Part shown: piece after piece, positions 1 through 9,479 of the stretch
How positions within the stretch are numbered: position 1 is the first letter of the stretch
Layout of the letters: the number at the start of each line of letters is the position of its first letter
From: a bacterium
Lineage (GTDB): Bacteria > Acidobacteriota > Blastocatellia > HR10
Length of the DNA: 64,000 nt
NCBI GenBank assembly: GCA_041640655.1
Contig: JBEPZV010000003.1
Coordinates: forward strand, 90,369 to 154,368
Direction of reading: 5' to 3'
Translations under genes and position numbers: made by a program
Notes under the pieces: generated by a model
What the model was told of the DNA's origin: nothing
What the model saw: only the letters and a program-made list of their open reading frames with translations
Database searches by the model: none

Positions 1-397
1 TGCGCAGGACTTCGATCCCGGCAGGTCGTCGGACGAGGCGCTCATCGAGCGTGAGGACATGCCGCCCCGGCGTCAGGTGGCTCACGTCCACCAAGATCGA
101 GAGATCCTCCGGTTTGAGTTGAGCGATCTGACTGGCCGGTCCGCGCACGCGCACATCCACGACACGATAGGCCAGCCCCGTCACCAGAAGGTCCGATGGC
201 TCGCGCCGCACGCGCACGGGGACATTGTAGAGCACCACGTCGCGCCGCGCATGTTCGGAGGAGACGGCGAACCACAGCAGCAGCGCCCCGACGATGGAGA
301 TGAGCTTCAGCCAGAAATTGACCACGATCGCCCGTCGGAGCGCGTCCTTCAGGAGCATGCCCGCTGGCCGTCCTTGTCTCGATGTCTCCCCTATCAT
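1..397 (-). CDS. cdaR: CdaR/YbbR-like domain protein (3' end runs off window)
   Basis: Hand translation: ...MLLKDALRRAIVVNFWLKLISIVVGALLLWFAV...VDVRVRGPASQIAQLKPEDLSILVDVSHLTPGRHVL. N-terminal TM plus YbbR-like repeat, directly downstream of cdaA. Alternative start 358. Confidence 0.8.
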   Translation of the reverse strand, partial: MIGETSRQGRPAGMLLKDALRRAIVVNFWLKLISIVGALLLWFAVSSEHARRDVVLYNVPVRVRREPSDLLVTGLAYRVVDVRVRGPASQIAQLKPEDLSILVDVSHLTPGRHVLTLDERLVRRPAGIEVLR

Positions 398-416
398 GCC
401 CGATCGGTGCGCGCGC

Positions 417-1232
417 TCACGCCGTCAGCTCGCGCAAGCCCCGACGTGGCTCCACGAGCGACGTGCGAAGGAAATGGCGCAGCCGCGTCGCATCCAGGTG
501 CCGATAGATGTGTCCTTCCGCCACGAACGAGATGATCCCCGTCTCCTCGGAGACGACAATGGCGACGGCATCCGTATCCTCGGTGATGCCGATGGCCGCG
601 CGATGGCGCGTGCCCAACTCCTTGGAGAGTTGCGGATTCAGCGTGAGGGGCAGGAAACAACTGGCCGCCACCAGGCGATCCCCGCGAATGATGACGGCGC
701 CATCATGGAGCGGGGCGCGCGGATTAAAGATGGAGACCAGAAGGTCGTAGGAGACCCGCGCATCCAGCCGCACGCCCGTCTCGATGAAGTTGTGCAAGCC
801 GATGGTGCGCTCGAAGACGATCAGCGCGCCGATGCGCTCGGCCGCGAGCGTCGTGACGGCCAGGATCACCTCTTCGAACAACTGCTCGTACTCCACGCGC
901 CGGAGTCCGCGCCCGCCGAAGGGGCGGGGCCAGTACCGCCCGAACTGGATGAGCGCCGTGCGAATTTCGTTCTGGAAGATGACGATGACCGCAATCCCGA
1001 CGTAGAGCATCGCGTTCCGCAGCACGAATTCGAGCGTGTAGAGCTGCGCCCATGTCGCCAGCAGGTAGAGCAGCCCCAGCGCCACGAGCCCATAGACCAT
1101 CTGGACGGCGCGCGTGTCCTTGATCAGCTTCAGGATGCCGTAGATGAGCAGAGCCACGAGCGCGATGTCGGCGACTTCGCGCCCGCTCAGATGTGCGGCG
1201 GCATCCCAGAAGGCCTTCAGCTCTGCGCCCAT
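417..1232 (-). CDS. cdaA: Diadenylate cyclase CdaA (c-di-AMP synthase)
   Basis: Three N-terminal TM helices, PLHDGA and GTRHRAA DAC motifs, VVSEETG. Start placed at MGAELK. Confidence 0.95.
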   Translation of the reverse strand: MGAELKAFWDAAAHLSGREVADIALVALLIYGILKLIKDTRAVQMVYGLVALGLLYLLATWAQLYTLEFVLRNAMLYVGIAVIVIFQNEIRTALIQFGRYWPRPFGGRGLRRVEYEQLFEEVILAVTTLAAERIGALIVFERTIGLHNFIETGVRLDARVSYDLLVSIFNPRAPLHDGAVIIRGDRLVAASCFLPLTLNPQLSKELGTRHRAAIGITEDTDAVAIVVSEETGIISFVAEGHIYRHLDATRLRHFLRTSLVEPRRGLRELTA

Positions 1233-1343
1233 ATGCGTCGCCTCTTCGCTCGAGAGGTTCCCACTGAGGGAGCACCTCGATGGAGAAGGGAGGAGAACGA
1301 TCCTCATGGGCTCTCGCGATCTCCCCCACCGCGCGAGAGCCGG

Positions 1344-1775
1344 TCACGCGCCTTCGACGATCTCCACGGCCACCGCTTCGACCTTCCCGGAGATGATCCG
1401 GTAAGCGCGAAGGTCCAGCGCGGGCTGGAGCGAAATTATAAAATAGACGGCCTCCGGATAGTAAGCCCGCTCGATGTCCGTCGCCGAGGGAGAGGCTGCC
1501 GAGGTCGGATGCGAGTGATAGATGCCGAGCAGTTCCTCCCCGCGCGTTCGCATCGTGCGAAACGCCGCGAGCACCTCGCGCACGTCGGCGAAGTATTCGA
1601 CCAGGGGGCGTTCGGCCACGTTGCGCAGGGGATAGAGGGCGTGGATGAGGTCCCCGCGTCCGGCCAGGAATCCGCAGCACTCATAGGGGGCGGCCGCGCG
1701 CGCCTCCCGTTCGAGTCGTTCCACGATGGTTCGCGTGACGCGGATGCGATGCTGCGCGCTCGTTGCGGTCGTCAC
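1344..1775 (-). CDS. JAB/MPN+ (M67, Mec-like) metallopeptidase
   Basis: PYECCG and YHSHP...PSATD JAMM motif; GTG start after GGAGG. Confidence 0.9.
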   Translation of the reverse strand: MTTATSAQHRIRVTRTIVERLEREARAAAPYECCGFLAGRGDLIHALYPLRNVAERPLVEYFADVREVLAAFRTMRTRGEELLGIYHSHPTSAASPSATDIERAYYPEAVYFIISLQPALDLRAYRIISGKVEAVAVEIVEGA

Positions 1776-1898
1776 TTCTGCCTCCCGCCGTCTTCGATGG
1801 CCGAATGGAACGGGAGATCCATTCGGGAGGAGCGGCCACAGGCGTCGCGCGTCCGATCTCCTTCGCCGCCGCATCCCGCCAACCCGCGCATGTTCTCC

Positions 1899-3599
1899 TC
1901 ACAGAAAGAGCACGTGATGCGCGCGGTTCCCCAGCGCGATGGCCTCGCGGATCACGCGAGCGACGTGATCGCCATATCGCGCCAGGAAGTAGAAGACCGT
2001 CATCGCGCGCTCTTGCAGCATCCCGTGAGGCGCGAGCGCGAGCACCAGGCGTCGCGCATGGCGGGCGAGAGTCTCGTCGCGTCGGGCGCGCGCGCGGAGA
2101 TAGTGCTGACGCAGGATCTCGATCTGACGATGCATCGCTTCCTCGGCGCGATCGAGCGGTCGGTCGAGCGTCGGGTCCGCTTCTCGCAAGAGCGGACGCA
2201 GCTTCCGCACCGCTTCGGTCACGGCCGCGCGCGCCTCGTCAAAGAGCGAGGCGTGATTCGCCTCAAGCGTGCGCTCGATCAGACGCTGATGAACGGCGGT
2301 AACGCCGGCGAAGAGATCCGTCAGCGCGAGGCCGTATCTCGCCAAGAGCTCGGCCGCGCGGGGCTCGACGAGCGTCAGCGACGCGCGCGGGCAGAGCACC
2401 GGCTCCGGCACCTCGCAGGCCTCGTACACCGGCCCCAGTTGCGCGAAATAGGCGATCTCGCTCGGCCCCCCCACGTAGGCGAGCGTGGGCAAGAGCGCAT
2501 CTTGTACGACGGGGCGAAGCGCCACGTTCGGACTGAAGCGCGCGGGATGTTCGGTGAGCTCCCGCAGCAGTTCCTCTCCGGTGAACGCTTTCCCACCGTC
2601 GCGAAGCGTGAAACGCTCTCCCTCCCCAATGAGCGGGCGACGCCGTCCGTCTTCCAAGAAGAAGAGGAAGGCGCCAGCGCGCTCCGGATGAAGTTGGAGG
2701 CGATACCCGCGCGCCTTCACCCGTTCACTGTGGGCGCCGAACGCGGCGATCACGCGCGGCCACTCGCGCACGATACGCTCCAGCACGCGCACCGTCAGAC
2801 GCTTGAGCCGCTCATCGGCCGGATCCAGAAGGACGAGTCCTTCCTCGGCCATAAGGCGCGCCATCGCGCGGGCGAACGCATCGGTCAGTGAGAGTCCCTT
2901 CGCATAGGCCGCTCGAAGGAGCACCTCGATCTCCGGGAGGAACTCCGAATCCGGCAGGGCGCCAAGCAGCGTCGCGAGGGCAGCGTCCGCGCGCTCATCG
3001 AGGAGAATCGCGCCGGCCGGCTTCCCCTCTTCCTCCGGCGCGATGGGGTACGGCACCTTCACCCACTCCCCATCGCGTCCGAGAAGACCGCAATCGGTGA
3101 CCTCCTTCAGGTCGTGATCCTCGCTGTGGATCCAGAAGATCGGGACGGCCCGTATCCCCCACGCGCGCAAGAGTCGGGCGGCGCCAATGGCCGTCCACGC
3201 CTTATAGAGCGTCAGGAGAGGCCCCGTGAACAGCCCCGCTTGCTGACCGGTGACGATAGCGACCGTTTCCGGTTCGGCCAATTCGCCAATGGCCTTCAGC
3301 GTGGCTTCGCTCGCTCCCCATCGCGCGTTCTGCTCGCGCAGGACCCGACAGAGCTCTTCTCGATCAGGAAGGCGCGCTGCGACTTGACGCGCGCGCTCGC
3401 GCAGCGCCGCCGCGTCCTCCCTCGTGGGGGGGAGGAGCACTCGTCCCCCCCGGTAGAAATCGGCGACCTTCTCGAAGTCGGAGAGGAAATCGAGAAAGAG
3501 TGTGGGAAGATCCGGGATCCGCGCAAACGCCAGCGACTCAGAGCGGAAGCTCGCCCCCACCACCTCCGCGCGCCTCCGTTCGCATGTCACATCGCCCAT
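1899..3599 (-). CDS. bshC: Bacillithiol biosynthesis cysteine-adding enzyme BshC
   Basis: VTGQQAGLFTGP-LYKA, FW..SEDHD, RFSPNVALRPVVQD, YVGGPSEIAYFAQ and LQER motifs. Confidence 0.93.
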   Translation of the reverse strand: MGDVTCERRRAEVVGASFRSESLAFARIPDLPTLFLDFLSDFEKVADFYRGGRVLLPPTREDAAALRERARQVAARLPDREELCRVLREQNARWGASEATLKAIGELAEPETVAIVTGQQAGLFTGPLLTLYKAWTAIGAARLLRAWGIRAVPIFWIHSEDHDLKEVTDCGLLGRDGEWVKVPYPIAPEEEGKPAGAILLDERADAALATLLGALPDSEFLPEIEVLLRAAYAKGLSLTDAFARAMARLMAEEGLVLLDPADERLKRLTVRVLERIVREWPRVIAAFGAHSERVKARGYRLQLHPERAGAFLFFLEDGRRRPLIGEGERFTLRDGGKAFTGEELLRELTEHPARFSPNVALRPVVQDALLPTLAYVGGPSEIAYFAQLGPVYEACEVPEPVLCPRASLTLVEPRAAELLARYGLALTDLFAGVTAVHQRLIERTLEANHASLFDEARAAVTEAVRKLRPLLREADPTLDRPLDRAEEAMHRQIEILRQHYLRARARRDETLARHARRLVLALAPHGMLQERAMTVFYFLARYGDHVARVIREAIALGNRAHHVLFL

Positions 3600-3670
3600 G
3601 TTCGGGGATTATATCGGCGATCGGCGGCGCCGAGCAAACAGCGGCCTCCTGCTCATCGGCCCTCGATCGC

Positions 3671-4459
3671 TCACAGCCGATACCACGCCGGACGACGATC
3701 GGCGAAGAGATCGTTGAGCGCCGTGACGCGCTTATCGCACGCCTGCTGTGGATCAATCTCGACGATACCGACTTCCTCCGCTTCGGGCGAAGCTTCACGG
3801 AGGATGGTCCCATCGGGAGCGACGATCTGGCTGCGCCCGGTGAAGGTCAGGCGCGTCGCTCCGCGCGTCTCTGCGCCGACGCGATTGGCCAGGACCCAGA
3901 AGACGCGATTCTCCAGCGCGCGCACGCGCGTGGTGAGCTGTCCCAGGCCCGGCAAGACCAGATTCGAGGGATGGGCGATCACCTGCGCGCCCTGCAGGGC
4001 CACGGTCCGCGCGGCTTCGGGGAAGAAGTGATCGAAGCAGATGAGGATGCCGATCTTCACTCCGGCGATCTCGAAGACCGGGAAGCCGAGATCGCCCGGA
4101 TGAAAGAGCTGCTTCTCCTCGTGAAACAGATGCATCTTGCGGTAGGTGCCGATCACGCCCCCCGGACCGATGAGCACGGCGCTGTTGTAACACCGATCGT
4201 CGGCGCGCTCCGCGAGTCCGAGCACGAGGTGGGAGCCGCGTCGCGCCGCCCACGTCTGCAGCGCGTCCACGGTCGGGCCGGGAATGGATTCGGCCAGATG
4301 ACGCACGTCGTCGTGGCTCGCGAAGAGGTAGCCGGTCGTCGCCAGCTCCGGCAGGACCACGAGATCGGCCTCCACACGGTCCAACGTCGCCATCAGGCGG
4401 GCGCGATTCTCCTCCACGGCTCCGAATTTCGGTGCGAACTGATAGAAGGCGACGCGCAT
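3671..4459 (-). CDS. Carbon-nitrogen hydrolase (nitrilase superfamily)
   Basis: LPEL, YRKMHLF and ICFD catalytic triad motifs; RALEN. Confidence 0.9.
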   Translation of the reverse strand: MRVAFYQFAPKFGAVEENRARLMATLDRVEADLVVLPELATTGYLFASHDDVRHLAESIPGPTVDALQTWAARRGSHLVLGLAERADDRCYNSAVLIGPGGVIGTYRKMHLFHEEKQLFHPGDLGFPVFEIAGVKIGILICFDHFFPEAARTVALQGAQVIAHPSNLVLPGLGQLTTRVRALENRVFWVLANRVGAETRGATRLTFTGRSQIVAPDGTILREASPEAEEVGIVEIDPQQACDKRVTALNDLFADRRPAWYRL

Positions 4460-4482
4460 ATGTCCTCCTTTATCGCGGTGCG

Positions 4483-5601
4483 CTATTGCAGAGCGAGGTC
4501 GGCGATGCGCCGCGCCAGTTCGATGAGGCGCGCGCCTTCGAGATTCGACAGCAGCACGACGGCCAGTCGCTCGTCCGGCCGCATGTAGAGCAACGTGCTC
4601 ACCCGCGGTTGTCCGCCCGTGTGGAAGACCTCGCGCTGGCCGCGATATTCGGCCAGGCTCCAGCCCAAGCCGTAGGACGTCTCCTGTCCATCGCGCGTCT
4701 TCTGGCGCGTCCACATCTGCGCGAGCGTCTCCCGGCGAAGGAGCATCCCACGCTGCAGCGCGATGGCGAAGCGCGCCAGATCGAGCACCGTCGCGCAGAG
4801 GCCGCCGCCGGGGATCTTGTTGCTCGTGTCCGCCAGTGGGGAGTTCTGCAGCGCTCCGTTCGGCGTCCGCCGATACCCCTGCGCTCGATGAGGGATGATG
4901 GCGAAGACGTCATCGTCGCGCGCGCTCTCCATTCCGGCCGGCGTGAAGATGTTCTCCCGCACGTACTCCAGGTAGCTCACCCCCGCGGCGCCCTCGATCA
5001 CGCAGCCGAGCACATTGTAGCCGTAGGTCGTGTAGGTGAAGCGCGCTCCCGGTTCGTGCTCCAGCGGATCGTCTTTGAAGATCTCCAGCGTGTCCACGAT
5101 GCGCGTGTAGTGGCGCGTGCTCGTGATCTCCTCAGGCCGCTTGTAGTGGCGAATCCCGCTCGTGTGCGCCAGCAGATGGCGCGCGGTGATCGGCCAGGGC
5201 TTTTCGGGGAAGGCCGGACAGTAGCGCTGGATGGGCGCATCCAGATCGAGCTTCCCGCGCTCGACCAATTGCATCGCCGCGACGGCTGTGATCGTCTTCG
5301 AGATGGAGGCCAGGCGATATACGGTTCGCTCCGTCGCCGGCACCGAATTCTCCAGGTCGGCATAGCCGAATCCCTTCGCCCATTGCAGCCGATGTTCGGT
5401 CACGAGCGCGACCGAGAGGCCCGGGATCTTCTGCCGCTCCATCTCCGCGCGAATCGCCCGCTCGATCTCAGCCAGGCGCGCCGATGAGCGTTGCTCCCCG
5501 TCCGAGGCCCGCCCCTTTGGAGAGATCGGCGGTCGCTGCCCCACAAGCAGCGCTCCGGCGAGAAGCGCCAGAAGCCACTTCCTGGAAAGGACGTGTTTCA
5601 T
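4483..5601 (-). CDS. Secreted serine hydrolase, beta-lactamase (AmpC-like) family
   Basis: Signal peptide, ASISK (SxxK), LLAHTSG, HTGG. Confidence 0.9.
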   Translation of the reverse strand: MKHVLSRKWLLALLAGALLVGQRPPISPKGRASDGEQRSSARLAEIERAIRAEMERQKIPGLSVALVTEHRLQWAKGFGYADLENSVPATERTVYRLASISKTITAVAAMQLVERGKLDLDAPIQRYCPAFPEKPWPITARHLLAHTSGIRHYKRPEEITSTRHYTRIVDTLEIFKDDPLEHEPGARFTYTTYGYNVLGCVIEGAAGVSYLEYVRENIFTPAGMESARDDDVFAIIPHRAQGYRRTPNGALQNSPLADTSNKIPGGGLCATVLDLARFAIALQRGMLLRRETLAQMWTRQKTRDGQETSYGLGWSLAEYRGQREVFHTGGQPRVSTLLYMRPDERLAVVLLSNLEGARLIELARRIADLALQ

Positions 5602-5658
5602 GTCATCACCTCCGGCGGATGGGTCTCCGAGGCCTCGCCTGCGCGCAGAACGCCCCGC

Positions 5659-6348
5659 TCACACGAGGAACGGGATGAAGCGCTTCGTGCGCCGCGCGTA
5701 TTCGAGATACGCATCGCCGAATTCCGCCACCGCTTCGCGCTCTTCCTGTCGCGCGAGCCACACATAGGCTGCAGCGAGAAATGGCCAGAGCACCAGCGTC
5801 ACCAGTGAGGGCCAGTGCACGAGCCATCCGAGCGTGAAGAGCAGAATGCCCGTGTACTGCGGATGCCGCATGTAGCGATAGAGACCCGTCGTCACCAATC
5901 CGCGCGCGCCGTGAATCTGCCGCCAACCCAGAGCGATGAGCAGAAGCCCGAGCAGGCTGAGCGCCGTCCCCACGGCCTCGGGATGCCACGCATCGAACAT
6001 TCGCCGATATTCGCGCGCCAGCACGGGGATCTCCACAAGCGGCGACAGGAGGAAGATCACCAGCGGCCAGCCGAACATCTCCGTCATGAGCGCGATGGCG
6101 AAGGCGATGAACGCCCCTCGCGATTTCCAGATGTGCTTGGTCGGACGCCGGTACGGCAGAAGCGCGAGGAAGGCGAGCACGATCGCGATGTTGAGCAGAA
6201 TGAGGCCCGGGGTCCCCACCCTCTGTCGGACCCAGCGCACGGTGACCGGCGGCCCGTGATGGACGATCTCAATCCCATAAAGGGCGACGAAGAGCCCAAT
6301 CGCCACCCACCCCAAGATGGTTCTCGCGGAAAGAATGCGTGAGGACAT
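5659..6348 (-). CDS. Isoprenylcysteine carboxyl methyltransferase / PEMT family membrane protein
   Basis: LVTTGLYRYMRHPQYTG and EE...FGDAYLEY..RTKRFIP motifs. Confidence 0.88.
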   Translation of the reverse strand: MSSRILSARTILGWVAIGLFVALYGIEIVHHGPPVTVRWVRQRVGTPGLILLNIAIVLAFLALLPYRRPTKHIWKSRGAFIAFAIALMTEMFGWPLVIFLLSPLVEIPVLAREYRRMFDAWHPEAVGTALSLLGLLLIALGWRQIHGARGLVTTGLYRYMRHPQYTGILLFTLGWLVHWPSLVTLVLWPFLAAAYVWLARQEEREAVAEFGDAYLEYARRTKRFIPFLV

Positions 6349-6351
6349 CGT

Positions 6352-6765
6352 TCATCTCCATCGGAACCGCAGGCGCGCATCCAGCGCCCATCGGCCTGGG
6401 TCTCCCAGAAGGAACAGCAGGGCGATCACCAGATACAGCGCGGCCAGCTCGAACCGCCAGTCCGTCGTGAGATGTCGGTAAACGGCCACCAGCATGGTGA
6501 TCGCGATCGCGCTTGCCGCCAGGCGAGTGAGAAATCCCACGGCCAGGAAAAGGCCGCCGAAGAATTCCGCAATAGCCGCCGCGATGGCGAAGACGGTCGG
6601 GAGAGGAAACCCCAAGCTCGCGACCGTGTGCACGAACCGCCATTCCTGGTCATGGACGAGCAGGGCATAAGCCGACTTCACCTTCCCCCATCCGTGAAAG
6701 GCGGCGAGCATACCGCCGGCCAGGACGCGAACAAGGAGAAGTCCCAGATCACTTCGATAGGCCAT
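6352..6765 (-). CDS. DoxX family membrane protein
   Basis: HGWGK, EFFGGLFLAVGFLTR, PGRWALD; GGAGG RBS. Confidence 0.9.
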   Translation of the reverse strand: MAYRSDLGLLLVRVLAGGMLAAFHGWGKVKSAYALLVHDQEWRFVHTVASLGFPLPTVFAIAAAIAEFFGGLFLAVGFLTRLAASAIAITMLVAVYRHLTTDWRFELAALYLVIALLFLLGDPGRWALDARLRFRWR

Positions 6766-6878
6766 CGTTCGCCCTCCGAGAGAGCGCTCCCCCCGCCTGG
6801 GGCTCACGATGCTTCACGCCTGCTCTCTCCACGCGCTCCTCCAGGCGAAAGGACTGCCCTTCTGGAGCGCTTCGCGCG

Positions 6879-7487
6879 TCATCCCTCCCCGGGCTCCAGC
6901 TCCAACTCCAAGCCTCGGCCCGTCCGCTCCGAATGCTGCCGATGTCGGCGCACGCGCTCAAGCGGAATGCTGACCAGTTCGGTCGCGCCCTCCTGCCGAT
7001 CCGGGAAGAGATGAATCGTCACCACGCTCTCGCCATGTTTCATCCGCTCGGCGTCTTCGGGCGAGACATATCCGATGAGCACCGGAGAGCCATCGCGCAG
7101 CTTGTGCATCTCGTAGCTCAGGAAGATCTTCCTCCGGAAGAGCGGCGCGTCCCACTGCCCGACGGCACAGGTGAACCCGTATACGCCCTCGGGCAATTGG
7201 TCAATCCCCGTTCCCTCTTCTTCTTCCGTCAGCGGTCGGACACCATGCTCCTCCCGCAGCGCCAGGCGTTCCGGTTCCTCGATCACGACGCCTCCATCGA
7301 AAGACCGATTCACGCTGACCGAGGTCTCTTCCCTTCGCCGACGAAACCAGGAGAGCACACCGGCGATCGCCAGAACCCCCACCTGCGCGGCGAAAGTCAT
7401 CGGGAGACCCTCTCCGGTCAGGCGGTTGAAGTCGGTGTCGAAGCTCCATACGCTCATGGGGACGAGAGTCGAAAACGGGATCAACAT
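6879..7487 (-). CDS. Hypothetical protein, single TM segment
   Basis: AGGAGG RBS, normal composition, one hydrophobic stretch followed by RRRR. Confidence 0.65.
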   Translation of the reverse strand: MLIPFSTLVPMSVWSFDTDFNRLTGEGLPMTFAAQVGVLAIAGVLSWFRRRREETSVSVNRSFDGGVVIEEPERLALREEHGVRPLTEEEEGTGIDQLPEGVYGFTCAVGQWDAPLFRRKIFLSYEMHKLRDGSPVLIGYVSPEDAERMKHGESVVTIHLFPDRQEGATELVSIPLERVRRHRQHSERTGRGLELELEPGEG

Positions 7488-7624
7488 GGCTGCTTCCTCC
7501 TACGCGGAGATCCTCCGGTACTCGGATCGCGCGCTCTCTGTGATTCCGCTTCGCTCTCATCGGCGAACAGACGACTTGGCCTACACAGTGTAGCGAGGCG
7601 CCGCCGGGAGGACAAGCGCGATCC

Positions 7625-8497
7625 TCATCTCCTCGACGCGGCGGCGTCACGAGTCGTGTCGGGCACTCCCGACATGTCTTCGCGAAGGCCGAGGGCGCGT
7701 TCGACCGGTTCGGCGACGATCCGATGCACGCGCTCTCGCAGCCGATCAATGTCCTCCTTCCGCATCCCCTTGGTCTCGATCGTCTCGTGGATATAGACGG
7801 TGATCGTCGAGGGGTAGAGCATCCAGCTTCCCGTTCGATGGAACTCGAACGAGCCGACGATGCTCATGGGGACGATGGGATAGCCCGTGTATTGAGCCAG
7901 GACGAAGGCTCCGCGTTGAAAGGGGCCGACGCGACCGGTGCGCGTGCGCGTGCCCTCGGCGAAGATGATGAGGCTGATGCCGTCATCCAGCGCTTGCTTG
8001 GCGCGCTTCAGGAGGCGGCGGAAGGCCGCCGGATTGTTCGTGTCCTTCGGCACGGGGATGTTCCCGAAGCGCTTCATCATCCATCCGTAGGCCGGGATCT
8101 TGAAATGCGTCTCCAGCTCCAGCCCCCGCACGAACTGCGGGATGGCTGAGTAGATCACGAACGCGTCGAAGATATTCACATGATTGCAGACGAAGATGCT
8201 CGTGCGCGTGGGATCGAAGCCCGGCGCATAGCGCACCTGGAAGCGAACGCCCGCCAGTCGCAGGACGTTGCGGAAGAACCATCGCTGCGGCCGATCGTTC
8301 TTCCGCGGATCAATGAACATCCCCAGGATCACCAGGAACGTGCACACGGGGAAGAAGTGCAGAATGCTCACGATCCACAGGACGGCGCTGCGGATCACGA
8401 GATAGACCTGTCGGAGGAGACGCGCCCAGCTCGTGCGCCGTTTCGCGCCCACGTTGGGGAGCACTCGTCCATACACTCTCAGACGTTCGATCCTCAC
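7625..8497 (-). CDS. plsC: 1-acyl-sn-glycerol-3-phosphate acyltransferase (PlsC family)
   Basis: NHVNIFD (HX4D) and FAEGTRT motifs. Confidence 0.9.
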   Translation of the reverse strand: MRIERLRVYGRVLPNVGAKRRTSWARLLRQVYLVIRSAVLWIVSILHFFPVCTFLVILGMFIDPRKNDRPQRWFFRNVLRLAGVRFQVRYAPGFDPTRTSIFVCNHVNIFDAFVIYSAIPQFVRGLELETHFKIPAYGWMMKRFGNIPVPKDTNNPAAFRRLLKRAKQALDDGISLIIFAEGTRTRTGRVGPFQRGAFVLAQYTGYPIVPMSIVGSFEFHRTGSWMLYPSTITVYIHETIETKGMRKEDIDRLRERVHRIVAEPVERALGLREDMSGVPDTTRDAAASRR

Positions 8498-8510
8498 CTC
8501 CGCCCCTCCC

Positions 8511-9479
8511 TCAGACCATCACCTCGACGGCGGCGGGCAATACATCCAAGCGTTCGCAGTGCACGCGCAGGACCTCGCCGTCCACCATCACCGGGACCGG
8601 CCCTTCCAGGGAGAATTCGATCTGTCGAACGGCACGGCGCTCGCAGAGCGGGTGCCTGATGTGCGACCCATCAAAGAGGCCGGGCAGATTGCGGAGCAGG
8701 CCCATTCGCCCGATCGGTCCCCAGCGCACATACTCGATCAAACCATCGCAGGGATCCGCGTGCGGCGCGATCAACATTCGTCCGCCCGTGTACTTGCTGT
8801 TCGAGAAGGTGAGAAAGAGGCAGCGGCGCACGTCGGCTTCAGGCGCGCCCTCCACGCGCACGGGGAACGCGCGCCGTTTCAGGCGGAGCACGCAGGCGAA
8901 CACGCCCAGGAGATACCCCATTTCGCCCAGGGGTTTGAACCATCGGTTCGTCACCGTGGCCACGTCGGCGGGGAATCCCAGGCTGAGGAGGTTGAGGAAG
9001 TACAGGACACCGTCGCGATGCACGAGTCGCAATACGTCGCACGCGCGGGCGCGTCCCGATCGCACGGCGTTCAAAACGTGTGGCAGGGGATCGTCGGCCT
9101 CCCTCGAGCGCGCCCGCACCGCTGAAGGGGAGGTCCCCATCACGAGGAAGTCGCGCAGGAAGGAGTTGCCGGTCCCCAACGGCAGAAGCGCCAGGCGCGG
9201 GCGTCCCCCCTCGCGTTCGGCTTCCGGGAACACGCCGTTGAGCACCTCGAAGGTCGTCCCATCGCCGCCGACGACGAGGAATGAGCGATACCCTTCGCGA
9301 TACGCGGCGCGCGCGCGCGCGGTCGCCTCGCCGGGGCAGCGCGTCCAGAAGACGTCCATCGGTAGGCCGCTCGCGCGCAGCTCGGCCAGGATGCGTTCGG
9401 CGCGCTTGCCGCAGCGTCCACCACCTGCGGCCGGGTTCACGACGGCCAGAAAATTGTCCCGAGGTCGCGTTCCGGTCAT
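8511..9479 (-). CDS. Diacylglycerol/sphingosine kinase family lipid kinase
   Basis: NPAAGGG, GGDGT..EVLNG, LPLGTGN, VDGE. Confidence 0.92.
   Translation of the reverse strand: MTGTRPRDNFLAVVNPAAGGGRCGKRAERILAELRASGLPMDVFWTRCPGEATARARAAYREGYRSFLVVGGDGTTFEVLNGVFPEAEREGGRPRLALLPLGTGNSFLRDFLVMGTSPSAVRARSREADDPLPHVLNAVRSGRARACDVLRLVHRDGVLYFLNLLSLGFPADVATVTNRWFKPLGEMGYLLGVFACVLRLKRRAFPVRVEGAPEADVRRCLFLTFSNSKYTGGRMLIAPHADPCDGLIEYVRWGPIGRMGLLRNLPGLFDGSHIRHPLCERRAVRQIEFSLEGPVPVMVDGEVLRVHCERLDVLPAAVEVMV

Noticed and set aside
294..2891. 865-aa plus-strand ORF and other long antisense ORFs (e.g. 9485-11200, 32731-34653, 35850-37763, 53354-55447, 57498-59498)
   Set aside because: Shadows of well-supported genes on the opposite strand, typical of high GC; no motifs and Arg/Ala/His-skewed composition.
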